64,000 bases of DNA from Salinivirgaceae bacterium. Its GTDB lineage: Bacteria; Bacteroidota; Bacteroidia; Bacteroidales; SZUA-534. Under the pieces are notes generated by a model. The model was not told the DNA's origin, did not search any database, and saw only the letters and a list, made by a program, of their open reading frames with translations. Shown here piece after piece: positions 19,235 to 28,960 of the stretch. How positions within the stretch are numbered: the stretch's first letter is position 1; each line of letters begins with the position of its first letter. A program made the position numbers and the translations under genes. Location: assembly GCA_024405635.1 (NCBI GenBank), contig JAKSOL010000002.1, positions 153,458 to 217,457 of the forward strand, read 5' to 3'.

Positions 19235-21010
19235 ATGAAAAACTTTATTTCAAGCCTTTTTGCAAACTTGTTGGCACTTATCATCTACACAACACTAATG
19301 TTTGTTGTGCTTGTTGGTTTTATTGGCGTTTTGGCATCAACTGCTCAAATCGAAAAATCAAAACCAATGGACATTAAGGCGCACTCGGTTCTTAAATTCG
19401 ATATAAATAGTGAGGTCTGCGACCGCGTTACCGACGATTTGCAATCAAGTTTAAACCAAATCTTAAACCAGTCGGACCCACAAGTTGGTTTGGTGCAAAT
19501 CACCCGTTCAATTGAGGCTGCAGCTTCCGACCCAAATATCGATGGAATAGTACTTGAATTGGGCGATGACTTTTATGCTGGAATATCAACCATCGACGAA
19601 ATTCGTAAAGCGTTACTGCGTTTTCGTGAGTCAGGAAAATTTGTTGTGTCAAACGCATTAAACTACACTCAAGGTACCTATTTTTTAGCCACCGCAGCCA
19701 ATCGCATCTATCTCAATCCAATGGGAGAACTAACATTCAAAGGCTTGTCGGTAAGAGTAATGATGTATAAAGACTTGCTCGATAAACTCGGAGTTGAGGC
19801 TACAGTGTTCAAGTGCGGTAAGTTTAAAAGTGCTACCGAACCATACGTGCAAAGTCACATAAGCAACGAAAACCGTTTGCAGTACCAAATGATGATATCC
19901 GATTTCTGGGCTTATATGCGCAATGTAATTGGCAAGTCGCGCAATATCGATGCTCAAGAATTGAATAGAATTGCCGATGGCCTTTTGGTTGAAGATGCTG
20001 CTACTGCTCAAAAAATAGGTTTGGTTGACCAAGTGTGCTACTCATCGGTTGTTGAAGATAGTTTGAAACAGAAAATTGGCGTTAGCGAAATAAATTATGT
20101 GTCGTTATTAGACTATATGCAAAACGTGCGAGTGGCAAATGGTAATCAAAAAGTTGCCATTATTTATGCTGAAGGTGAAATAGTTAGTAAAGCATCGTCA
20201 ACTGCAACTCAAAAGCAATTTGATTTCAACATGATGGCTAAGGCTATTGATGAGGTTGAGGCCGATAGCGCAATAAAAGCTGTGGTTTTGCGCGTAAACT
20301 CGCCTGGCGGCAACGCTATTACCAGCGAGTTTATTCACCGTAAAATCGAAAAATTGAAAAAAACTAAACCTGTAGTTGTGTCAATGGGCGATTATGCCGC
20401 ATCGGGTGGTTATTACATTGCGTGCCCAGGTTCGACCATAGTGGCAAACGAACTAACGCTAACAGGTTCTATTGGCGTGTTTGGACTAAGTTTGAACATG
20501 CAAAAACTGCTAAACGATAAATTGGGTGTAAACTGCGATGTGGTTAAAACCAACGAACATGCCGATTTTCCTAGCCCAGTGCGCAAATATTCGTCGCGCG
20601 AGAGTGCATACATGCAGCACTTGGTTGATAGCATATACACACTTTTCAAACATCGTGTGTCTTCGGGGCGTTCGCTCAATGTTGATTATATTGAGCAAAT
20701 TGCGCAAGGTCGTGTTTGGACTGGTGTTGCTGCAAAACAAAACGGCCTAATTGATTGCTTTGGCGACTTGGCTTCGGCTCTTAATATTGCCGCTCAAATG
20801 GCAAATATTCCTGTCTCAGAATTTGGTGTTGTCGATTATCCCAAAGAAAAAGATTTGGTGTCGCAATTAATGGAAATGATGGGGACCAAAATGCAAATGC
20901 GTTGCAAATCGCCAATTGCCGAAAAAATTCAAAGCACAATTGATTACATCAGCAATTTGCAACCTCGTAGTATTCAAGCGCGTCTTGAACAAGATATTTT
21001 GGTGTATTGA
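19235..21010 (+). CDS. sppA: Signal peptide peptidase SppA (67K type)
   Basis: GKFKSATEP, LRVNSPGG, SMGDYAASGGYY, TGSIGV, QGRVWTG. Confidence 0.95.
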   Translation: MKNFISSLFANLLALIIYTTLMFVVLVGFIGVLASTAQIEKSKPMDIKAHSVLKFDINSEVCDRVTDDLQSSLNQILNQSDPQVGLVQITRSIEAAASDPNIDGIVLELGDDFYAGISTIDEIRKALLRFRESGKFVVSNALNYTQGTYFLATAANRIYLNPMGELTFKGLSVRVMMYKDLLDKLGVEATVFKCGKFKSATEPYVQSHISNENRLQYQMMISDFWAYMRNVIGKSRNIDAQELNRIADGLLVEDAATAQKIGLVDQVCYSSVVEDSLKQKIGVSEINYVSLLDYMQNVRVANGNQKVAIIYAEGEIVSKASSTATQKQFDFNMMAKAIDEVEADSAIKAVVLRVNSPGGNAITSEFIHRKIEKLKKTKPVVVSMGDYAASGGYYIACPGSTIVANELTLTGSIGVFGLSLNMQKLLNDKLGVNCDVVKTNEHADFPSPVRKYSSRESAYMQHLVDSIYTLFKHRVSSGRSLNVDYIEQIAQGRVWTGVAAKQNGLIDCFGDLASALNIAAQMANIPVSEFGVVDYPKEKDLVSQLMEMMGTKMQMRCKSPIAEKIQSTIDYISNLQPRSIQARLEQDILVY

Positions 21011-22056
21011 AAATAGTAGCACAAATATTAAAAATAGCTTTGTGGCCATTGTCGCTTGTGTATGGCGCAGTGGCCACTTTTCGCAACATTTGTTTCAATT
21101 GTCATTTGCTTAAACAAACTGAATTTAAAACACCAACAATTTGCGTTGGCAATATCTCGGTTGGCGGAACTGGCAAAACCCCACACGTTGAGTATCTTGT
21201 ACGATTACTTAGCAAACACTTTGGCAATCAAATTGCAACGGTTAGCCGCGGCTATGGACGCTCAACATCGGGCTTTGTGTTGGCCAATTCAACATCAACA
21301 GCAGCTACCATTGGCGACGAACCAAATCAAATACGCTGCAATAATCCAAGCATAACCGTTTGTGTTGACGAAAACCGATGCCGTGCAATCAGCCATTTGC
21401 AACAAATGCCGCAACCGCCTAAGGCTATAATTCTCGACGATGCATACCAACACCGATACGTTAAGCCCAAAATAAACATCCTTCTGGTCGATTACAATCG
21501 CCCCATTTTTGCCGACACAATGATGCCATCGGGTAGGTTGCGAGAACCGCGTTGGGGAAAAAATCGGGCCAATGTGGTGGTGGTTACAAAATGCCCTGAA
21601 AATGTTGATAAACAATTGTTTGAGCGAAAGCTGAACTTAAAGCCTAACCAAAAATTGTTCTTTTCAACATTTAAATACGGCAACTTAAAATCGGAAAATG
21701 GAGCATACACATTGTCAAAAAACTGCAGTGTGTTAGCAGTTTCAGGCATAGCACATCCCGAAAATATGTTGCAGTATCTTCAGTCGCAAAGTGCCGATGT
21801 TAAAAGTGTGCGTTTTGCCGACCATCATAACTTTTCACAATCAGACATTGACCAAATTGTGGTTCAGTTTAATTCAATAACCAATCCAAATAAGCTGATA
21901 GTTACAACCGAAAAAGATTTTTCACGTTTGGTTGATTCGCCTTTGTATGAGCAAGTATCTAAACTTCCGCTATGTCGATTACCAATTCAGGTAGAGTTTG
22001 TTGGCTCACAATCAGCGGAATTTGATAATATTGTAATTGCTTGTTTAACCAAATAA
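21007..22056 (+). CDS. lpxK: Tetraacyldisaccharide 4'-kinase
   Basis: VGNISVGGTGKTP, SRGYGR, GDEP, LDDAYQH, GRLREP, TTEKD. Confidence 0.96.
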   Translation: MKIVAQILKIALWPLSLVYGAVATFRNICFNCHLLKQTEFKTPTICVGNISVGGTGKTPHVEYLVRLLSKHFGNQIATVSRGYGRSTSGFVLANSTSTAATIGDEPNQIRCNNPSITVCVDENRCRAISHLQQMPQPPKAIILDDAYQHRYVKPKINILLVDYNRPIFADTMMPSGRLREPRWGKNRANVVVVTKCPENVDKQLFERKLNLKPNQKLFFSTFKYGNLKSENGAYTLSKNCSVLAVSGIAHPENMLQYLQSQSADVKSVRFADHHNFSQSDIDQIVVQFNSITNPNKLIVTTEKDFSRLVDSPLYEQVSKLPLCRLPIQVEFVGSQSAEFDNIVIACLTK

Positions 22057-22064
22057 TAACTGAT

Positions 22065-22283
22065 ATGGTATTAATATTCATTTCTATCATTTTCTTTGTT
22101 TGCTTGGTGTTTGTGGTATATGTATTGCGCCAAGGCAAAAATCAAGATTCAGCACAACTTCAAACCGAGCGCGACATGCTACGTGGCCGCGTTGATGAAC
22201 TACAACGCGAAGTTGAAACTCTTCGACACGAATTATTGCAAAAAACCGAGGAGATTGCCGTACTGCGTAATCAAAAATCTTAA
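22065..22283 (+). CDS. Small TM plus coiled-coil protein (possible truncated RmuC-like N-terminus)
   Basis: 72 aa: N-terminal hydrophobic helix then a heptad-rich segment; followed by a small hairpin at 22310-22329. Confidence 0.45.
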   Translation: MVLIFISIIFFVCLVFVVYVLRQGKNQDSAQLQTERDMLRGRVDELQREVETLRHELLQKTEEIAVLRNQKS

Positions 22284-22429
22284 TCATTGTTGTCGCTATA
22301 AAGAGCAATAAAACTCAAATGTGAGTTTTTGTTATTGACAAACAACTCGATAAGTACAACTCCCACCAATTTTGCTATTTTTGACACCCAAATTGCGCAA
22401 TTATGCGCATTGAACGTGGAGCAACTTGG

Positions 22430-22437
22430 TATATTTG
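22430..22437 (+). promoter_or_regulatory. -7 box (TATATTTG) for tkt
   Basis: Consensus match about 50 bp upstream of the start. Confidence 0.55.
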
Positions 22438-22484
22438 CAATATTGAATAATTGAATTTTATAAACGTTATAAAACCAAAAATAA

Positions 22485-24506
22485 ATGAGCACAAACGTAA
22501 CAAAGCTTGCTGCTGACAACATTCGTATTTTGGCAGCATCAATGGTCGAGAAGGCCAAATCAGGTCACCCTGGCGGTGCTATGGGTGGAGCAGACTTCAT
22601 CAATGTACTTTACTCAGAGTTCTTGCAGTACGACCCCAAAAATCCAAAATGGGTTGGTCGTGACCGTTTCTTCCTTGACCCAGGCCACATGGCTCCAATG
22701 CTTTACGCACAGTTGGCATTGACTGGCAAGTACACTCTTGACGAACTTGCACAATTGCGCCAATGGGGTTCTCCAACAACTGGTCACCCTGAGTTCGAAA
22801 TTGAGCGTGGTGTAGAAAATACTTCTGGTCCTCTTGGTCAAGGTCACGTATTTGCTGTAGGTGCTGCTATTGCTGCTAAATTCTTGGCTGCTCACACTAG
22901 CAACCCAACTTTCGGTAAAGAAACTATCTACGCATACATCTCTGATGGTGGTATTCAAGAGGAAATTTCGCAAGGTGCTGCTCGTATTGCAGGTAACCTT
23001 GGTCTTGACAACCTTATCATGTTCTACGACTGCAACGATATCCAACTTTCAACCGAGACTAAAGAGGTTATGAACGAGGATACTGCTGCTAAGTATCGCG
23101 CTCAAGGTTGGGAAGTAATTGAAATTAACGGTAACGACGCTGACCAAATCCGCAAGGCTATTGCTCAAGCTAAAGCTGTTAAAGGCAAACCAACTCTTAT
23201 CATTGGTAAGTGCATCATGGGTAAAGGTGCTTTGAAAGAAGATGGTTCGTCATACGAACGCAACTGCAAAACTCACGGCGCTCCTCTTGGTGGCGATGCT
23301 TACAAAAACACCATCAAAAACCTTGGTGGCGACCCTGAAAACCCATTCGTAATTTTCCCAGAGGTTAAAGATCTTTACGCTAAACGTGCTGAAGAACTTT
23401 CTAAAATTGTTGCTGAGCGCTATGCTGAAGAAAAAGCTTGGGCTGCTGCAAATGCCGACAAAGCTGCTGCTCAAGACGAGTGGTTTAGCGGCAAAGCTCC
23501 AAAAATCGACTGGAGCAAATGCTCTCAAAAAGACAACGATGCTACACGTAACGCATCGGCAGCTTGCTTGAGCGTTTTGGCTGAGCAAGTTCCTAACATG
23601 ATTTGCGCTTCGGCCGACTTGTCAAACTCTGACAAAACCGACGGTTTCTTGAAAAAAACTAAAGCGCTTACTGCTAACGACTTCTCTGGCGCATTCTTCC
23701 AAGCTGGTGTTGCTGAGCTTACCATGGCTTGCTGCTGCATCGGTATGGCACTTCACGGTGGCGTTATCCCTGCTTGCGGTACATTCTTTGTATTCTCTGA
23801 CTATATGAAACCAGCTGTTCGTATGGCTGCTCTTATGCAACTTCCTGTTAAGTTCATCTGGACACACGACGCATTCCGTGTTGGTGAGGACGGTCCTACC
23901 CACGAGCCAGTTGAGCAAGAGGCTCAAATCCGCTTGATGGAGAAGTTGAAACGTCACGATGGCAAGAACTCATGCCTTGTTCTTCGTCCTGCTGATGCTA
24001 AAGAAACTACAGTTGCTTGGGCTATGGCAATGGACAACATGGAGAGCCCAACTGCGCTTATCTTCTCTCGCCAAAACATTAACAACCTTCCAGAGGGTAA
24101 CGACTACGAGCAAGCTCGCAAGGGTGGTTACATTGTAGCTGGTTCTGATGCAAATCCTGATGTGGTTTGCGTTGCAACTGGTTCTGAGGTTTCTACTCTT
24201 GTTGCAGGTGCTGAACTTCTTCGCAAAGATGGCATCAAAGTTCGCATCGTTTCTGTTCCATCTGAAGGCTTGTTCCGCACACAAAGCGCTGAGTACCAAC
24301 AAAGCGTAGTTCCTGCTGGAGCAAAAGTGTTTGGTATGACTGCTGGTCTTCCTGTAAACCTTCAAGGATTCCTAATTGGCGCCGATGCTAAATCAACCGT
24401 TTGGGGTCTTGAAACATTCGGTTTCTCAGCTCCTTACAAAGTGCTTGACGAGAAACTTGGATACACCGCTGAGAATGTATATGCACAAGTTAAGAAGATG
24501 TTCTAA
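22485..24506 (+). CDS. tkt: Transketolase
   Basis: SGHPGG, DRFFLDPGH, TSGPLGQG, GEDGPTHEPVEQ; strongly biased codon usage of a highly expressed gene. Confidence 0.97.
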   Translation: MSTNVTKLAADNIRILAASMVEKAKSGHPGGAMGGADFINVLYSEFLQYDPKNPKWVGRDRFFLDPGHMAPMLYAQLALTGKYTLDELAQLRQWGSPTTGHPEFEIERGVENTSGPLGQGHVFAVGAAIAAKFLAAHTSNPTFGKETIYAYISDGGIQEEISQGAARIAGNLGLDNLIMFYDCNDIQLSTETKEVMNEDTAAKYRAQGWEVIEINGNDADQIRKAIAQAKAVKGKPTLIIGKCIMGKGALKEDGSSYERNCKTHGAPLGGDAYKNTIKNLGGDPENPFVIFPEVKDLYAKRAEELSKIVAERYAEEKAWAAANADKAAAQDEWFSGKAPKIDWSKCSQKDNDATRNASAACLSVLAEQVPNMICASADLSNSDKTDGFLKKTKALTANDFSGAFFQAGVAELTMACCCIGMALHGGVIPACGTFFVFSDYMKPAVRMAALMQLPVKFIWTHDAFRVGEDGPTHEPVEQEAQIRLMEKLKRHDGKNSCLVLRPADAKETTVAWAMAMDNMESPTALIFSRQNINNLPEGNDYEQARKGGYIVAGSDANPDVVCVATGSEVSTLVAGAELLRKDGIKVRIVSVPSEGLFRTQSAEYQQSVVPAGAKVFGMTAGLPVNLQGFLIGADAKSTVWGLETFGFSAPYKVLDEKLGYTAENVYAQVKKMF

Positions 24507-24528
24507 TTAGAAATACTTAACTAATAAT

Positions 24529-24565
24529 AAACGCCCTGCTGGCTTTTGCTGGTAGGGCGTTTTTT
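24529..24565 (+). terminator. Intrinsic terminator after tkt
   Basis: aaacgccctgctggc-tttt-gctggtagggcgttttt hairpin with U tract. Confidence 0.85.
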
Positions 24566-24682
24566 GTTGATGCGTTGAATAATTTAATTGTGTAACGTGC
24601 TGCTTATAACTTAAAAATTAGAATCGTTTATCATAATTTCTTCTGCTTTTGACCTTCATAAATCTTTTTAAATATTTCTTTT

Positions 24683-25819
24683 ATGAAACACTTAATTACT
24701 CTAGTGTTGGTGTGCTTTGTGGCTACTATGGCCATGGCTGCCGCAGAAACTTTTCAGAGTGGTGATCTTAGTTACACCATTACAAGCGGAACCGAGCCCT
24801 ATACGGTAGAGGTTACAAAAGCCGATAGCTACAAATCCCTAAAAGATGTGGTTATTCCTGAGTCTGTAGAGAATAATGGCAAAACCTATTCGGTTACAAG
24901 CATTGGCCAGTATGCGTTTGCATATTGCAATAGCCTAACCTCAGTAACCATTCCAAATTCGGTTACAAGCATTGGCGACGAAGCATTCAAGTATGTAGGT
25001 AATATTGTGTACAATGGTACCAACGATTATGCCGCAAGAACATTAAATGGTACAATTGATGGCGACTTTATTTGTGCCGATGCTGAAAAAACTCAGTTAT
25101 CAGTGTACATTGGTAAAAGTGCTAACGTTGTTATTCCTGACAATGTAACAACCATTGAAAATCTGGCATTTTTAAATAACGAAAGTGTTGAAACCTTGGT
25201 TGTCCCTGCTTCAGTAACCGTAATTAAGGACAACGCAATAATCCAATGCTTTAATACTATATATTGCGAGGTTAGCGCTAAGCCAGACACTTGGAAAAAG
25301 AATGGTTTTAATACATCAGCCAAAGTAATCTGGGGTGCGGTTAAAAACATTACTCTAACTGCTAATAATGATGCATTTGGAACTGTGGAAGGTGCTGGTA
25401 AAGTAGGCCTAAACACTAAAGCAACCCTAACCGCAACCGCAGCCGAGGGCTATCACTTTGCAAAATGGAGCAACGGCGCAACCGATGCAACCATAACAAT
25501 AACCGTAGTTAGCGACACAACACTAACAGCAGAGTTTGCCGCAAACGAAAATCAAGGTGGCAACAACCAAGGAGATATCCAAGGTGATGTGAAACCTGCA
25601 GTTGCAGAAAATGCAGCCGATGCAATTTCAATCTACGCATACCAAAATATTATTGTAGTAGAAAATGCTGATGCAGAAATCTACGTATTTGATGTAATGG
25701 GCCGTTTGATTGCACGTGAAAACACTACAACCAACATTGCAGAAATACCAATGCCAAACGCAGGTATTTACATTGTAAAAGTTGGAGCTAAAGCACAACG
25801 CGTAAGCATTTCGCTTTAA
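24683..25819 (+). CDS. BspA-like leucine-rich repeat surface protein with InlB B-repeat-like domain and T9SS-type C-terminal domain
   Basis: VTSIGQYAFAYCNSLTSVTIPNSVTSIGDEAF (LRR_5); TLTATAAEGYHFAKWSNG; C-terminal VFDVMGR...GIYIVK. Confidence 0.85.
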   Translation: MKHLITLVLVCFVATMAMAAAETFQSGDLSYTITSGTEPYTVEVTKADSYKSLKDVVIPESVENNGKTYSVTSIGQYAFAYCNSLTSVTIPNSVTSIGDEAFKYVGNIVYNGTNDYAARTLNGTIDGDFICADAEKTQLSVYIGKSANVVIPDNVTTIENLAFLNNESVETLVVPASVTVIKDNAIIQCFNTIYCEVSAKPDTWKKNGFNTSAKVIWGAVKNITLTANNDAFGTVEGAGKVGLNTKATLTATAAEGYHFAKWSNGATDATITITVVSDTTLTAEFAANENQGGNNQGDIQGDVKPAVAENAADAISIYAYQNIIVVENADAEIYVFDVMGRLIARENTTTNIAEIPMPNAGIYIVKVGAKAQRVSISL

Positions 25820-25845
25820 TAGTTAATGGCCAAAAGCCAATAGTC

Positions 25846-25883
25846 AAAAAAAAGGCAATGGACCAAGGTCTGTTGCCTTTTTT
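25846..25883 (+). terminator. Intrinsic terminator
   Basis: aaaaaaggcaatggacc-aa-ggtctgttgcctttttt. Confidence 0.8.
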
Positions 25884-25968
25884 GTTTAATTAAACCGAGT
25901 ACTTTTCTGTTGTTGTGAAAATGCTGAAAACATTTCAAAACAATTACCTTCGCCGCAAATAATTCACT

Positions 25969-27057
25969 ATGCATCTCGATTTTGAAAACCGCCTACAAGC
26001 TCGGCTTGCGCAATTAGCAAATAAAGGTTTGTATCGCAATACAACAGTTGCCGATTCGTTGAAATTTGATCTTTGCAACCGCCCATATTTCATCCATGAC
26101 AATTTGCCTATTGGTAAAAGTGCAGATTTTAATGCCTCAGGGCTTTCTGTATGCAAGTCGTTGCAACGTAAGTTGGAACAAGAATTGGCAATTTTTCTAA
26201 AAACGAGCGATTGCTTGGTGTTGTCATCAAATTGCAATGTAGTTGAACAAATTGCAAATGTGCTACTCGATAAAGAAGACGCTTTGATTACTGCTACTCT
26301 TGAAACGGTTAATACCAAATCAACTTTACATCATTTTCATCAGTTCGATGTTGATGAATTGGAGAATAAACTTCAACTGTCGCAAGCTCAGCATTGTCGC
26401 ATTGTGGCAGTAGATGCAGTGTCGCCTATTACAGGTGCAATTGCTCCTATGGAACATATTTGCAATCTGGCCAATAGCTACAAAGCCACAGTGCTGATTG
26501 ACGAAACAAATTCGCTTGGCGTGTTAGGCGAAAATGGAGGAGGAGTATCTGAATTATTTGGAGTTGAGCAACAAGTTGATATTAAAGTTGGTTCGTTATA
26601 TAACTTGCTTGGCATTCAGGCATCGTTTGTGGCCGGTAGTCGGCTGATTATTGATGCATTGCGACAAGGTCTTTGCCCGTTAAACTTCTTTGGAGTGTCA
26701 GAGCAAACAGCTGAGAGTGCCTTGTCTGCGTTGCAACAACTAAAAACGGTTGATTTAACAATGCCTATTCAACTGACAAACTATTTGATTCGAAAATTAT
26801 ATCATTCTCATTTTGAGATTTTGCCAACGCAATCAGCAATATGTGCTATTGAATTTGATGGTGAACAAACCGCAAATCAGTTATCTATAGCACTTATTGA
26901 GCAAGGAATTGCAACAATAGCATTGAGTTATCCCTATGCGTCAAAAGGAAAATCGTATTTGAGAACCAAGTTATATAATGCTATGAATGAGCAAGATGTG
27001 GAACTTGTGGCTGAAATTGTAACTAATGCTGCCAAGCAACAAAAAGTGATTGAATAG
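25969..27057 (+). CDS. Degenerate alpha-oxoamine synthase (Kbl/BioF/SPT-like) lacking the PLP lysine
   Basis: Family layout present (RIVAVDAV..G.IAPM..IC.LA..Y.A.VLIDE..SLGVLG..G.GV.ELFG...VDI), but DETN replaces DExH and GSLYN replaces GT(L/F)xK. Confidence 0.7.
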   Translation: MHLDFENRLQARLAQLANKGLYRNTTVADSLKFDLCNRPYFIHDNLPIGKSADFNASGLSVCKSLQRKLEQELAIFLKTSDCLVLSSNCNVVEQIANVLLDKEDALITATLETVNTKSTLHHFHQFDVDELENKLQLSQAQHCRIVAVDAVSPITGAIAPMEHICNLANSYKATVLIDETNSLGVLGENGGGVSELFGVEQQVDIKVGSLYNLLGIQASFVAGSRLIIDALRQGLCPLNFFGVSEQTAESALSALQQLKTVDLTMPIQLTNYLIRKLYHSHFEILPTQSAICAIEFDGEQTANQLSIALIEQGIATIALSYPYASKGKSYLRTKLYNAMNEQDVELVAEIVTNAAKQQKVIE

Positions 27058-27142
27058 GCTTTTTTTTGAAAAAAATAAGAAAAAAAACATAATGAGTTGC
27101 ACATATTAAAACTTGTTATACATTTGCACCCGCATTCAGCAC

Positions 27143-27213
27143 TGTCGCATGGTGTAATGGTAACACTACAGGTTTTGGTTCTGTCATTCAAGGTTCGAAT
27201 CCTTGTGCGACAA
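27143..27213 (+). tRNA. tRNA-Gln(TTG)
   Basis: Acceptor TGTCGCA/TGCGACA, anticodon arm ACAGG-TTTTGGT-TCTGT, GGTTCGAATCC; TACATTTG promoter box at 27119. Confidence 0.95.
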
Positions 27214-27214
27214 C

Positions 27215-27244
27215 AAACCTCCAAAGAAATTTGGAGGTTTTTTT
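27215..27244 (+). terminator. Terminator after tRNA-Gln
   Basis: aaacctccaaa-gaaa-tttggaggttt followed by a T run. Confidence 0.85.
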
Positions 27245-27254
27245 ATTTCTACCA

Positions 27255-27824
27255 ATGAGAAAATTACTGCCAATATTATTGTTAGCCGCATTGTTTCAAT
27301 CTTGCACCTCGTGTCCTGAGTATATTAAAGCCTACGAGTTGAAGCGTTGTGTAAATGTGGTTAGGGTAGTTGAATTGGGGGCGATTGAACCGATGGTTGC
27401 TGCCGATAGTATAAGGTTGCTGCAACGTGAATACGAAACTCAATTGTGCAGTGCAATTGCCGAGCATAGGCATATTATTGATTCTCTTCAGGCAAAAATT
27501 CAAAAGACTGAGGCTGACATCAATAGCACATCGAGTGCTCAAATGGTTGAATTACTAAACAAGGGTATAAAATCAATGCGTTGGAAATGTAATGTTGCAC
27601 AGCAAGTTATTGATACATACCAAAACTCACCAGAGCAAACCAGATTGGCAGATATCTTGAATCAAATTTTGCATTTTCAGACAGATACGGCCGCAGTTGT
27701 GGCGTACAAACAAAAGTGTGTGTTTGTTGGTCGCCAAGGTTTGTTGCCAAAAGAAACCTATGTGCGAAATTATGTTCTGTCGTTTGATAGGGGCGAAATT
27801 GTTGGTGAACTTATTCAGCATTAA
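27255..27824 (+). CDS. Hypothetical lipoprotein with central coiled coil
   Basis: ATG at 27255; MRKLLPILLLAALFQSC lipobox. Confidence 0.65.
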   Translation: MRKLLPILLLAALFQSCTSCPEYIKAYELKRCVNVVRVVELGAIEPMVAADSIRLLQREYETQLCSAIAEHRHIIDSLQAKIQKTEADINSTSSAQMVELLNKGIKSMRWKCNVAQQVIDTYQNSPEQTRLADILNQILHFQTDTAAVVAYKQKCVFVGRQGLLPKETYVRNYVLSFDRGEIVGELIQH

Positions 27825-28956
27825 CAAATTGTCCCGCAAATAGCACCTCGTTTGTTGCTTTGTTTACAATGTAATAAACAAACGGGTGGTCGAACAATAC
27901 TGGAATGTCGCGCGATAGTGAACTCTTGGCAATCATTTCAATAGCAGTTGCGGCTGCAGCTTCGGTTCCTTTTTCATCTACGATTATTGTGGCATTGTGA
28001 AACACAGCACCTATTTTTAAATCGTTAGCTTGACTAATGCCCGAAAAGTTGGCAATGTTGCTGAACGCGTTTTTAAGACCTATATTTTTCAATGTTTCGC
28101 TAACATTTGTTGCTGTGTTGGTGTTGAATTTTGGCATCGATAATATAATGGAAGTTGGGCGCAGAACTTTGGCAATGTCGTTGAGTATGCCATTTTTGAA
28201 TCTCGAAAGCATTTCGGTAATAGTGCGGCCTTTGGGCATTATAATATACATTGATAATTGATTGCCGTTGTATGGGAGTTCAACTGCTTGAATGTTGCCA
28301 TCGGAGTAAAAGTTTAACATTTGCGTTTGTTGCATGAAAGATGCGCGTTGTGTTGTGTCGCCAAAAAAATCGCCATGCCAAGTGTTGCTGCTTTTGAATG
28401 GAGTAGCCCATTCGCCCGAAAAATCTATGGTGTTGGTTAGTAATAAACGAGTGTTCTTGTCAAGGGCGTTACTTGGTATAAGTTCCTTTATCTTGCCGTT
28501 AGTTTGTTGTTTTGCCCATTGGTTTATTGCATTGCGTGCTTTGGCTCGTTTTTTGTCCGATTTAAAGTCGCAAAGTTTTGCTTCTGCTTTAAAATTGTTT
28601 GCCATTTCTTTTTTGAACGAGGCATTTATAGGATAGTCATTTTGAACCCAAATAGCATTTGTAACGTTAACTTTGCATTTGCCGCTAATGGTTGAAACGC
28701 AAGGCTTTGAGTCGGTTGCAAGCAGCCTGTTAAACTCAACTTTTGTGTCGCCCTTTGCTCCCGTTGCTGCCATTTGCAATGCAGTGCTTATTGAAGCTGG
28801 CGAAAAAACAAAGTTTTGTTTTTCCATTTCTTTGGTCAGCTCCAGTTGTATTTTGTAGGGGAGTAATCCGGTGCTAAGCGCTTTGTTGGCGTTTTTTTGA
28901 GCTATTAAATTTGTGCTTGCAATAATGGCAAGAGTCAGGATTAGTATTTTTTTCAT
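27811..28956 (-). CDS. Secreted serpin (serine protease inhibitor)
   Basis: Signal peptide from ATG 28956; NFVFSPASI, INQWA...TNGKI, F.G.W.TPF, hinge EKGTEAAAAT, FDHPF, LFAGQ. Confidence 0.93.
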   Translation of the reverse strand: MKKILILTLAIIASTNLIAQKNANKALSTGLLPYKIQLELTKEMEKQNFVFSPASISTALQMAATGAKGDTKVEFNRLLATDSKPCVSTISGKCKVNVTNAIWVQNDYPINASFKKEMANNFKAEAKLCDFKSDKKRAKARNAINQWAKQQTNGKIKELIPSNALDKNTRLLLTNTIDFSGEWATPFKSSNTWHGDFFGDTTQRASFMQQTQMLNFYSDGNIQAVELPYNGNQLSMYIIMPKGRTITEMLSRFKNGILNDIAKVLRPTSIILSMPKFNTNTATNVSETLKNIGLKNAFSNIANFSGISQANDLKIGAVFHNATIIVDEKGTEAAAATAIEMIAKSSLSRDIPVLFDHPFVYYIVNKATNEVLFAGQFVNAE

Positions 28957-28960
28957 TTGG

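Noticed and set aside
22485-24506. tkt as a horizontally acquired gene because of its distinct codon usage
   Set aside because: The bias (GCT, GGT, AAC, TTC, CGT) fits high expression equally well; cannot be separated without a phylogeny
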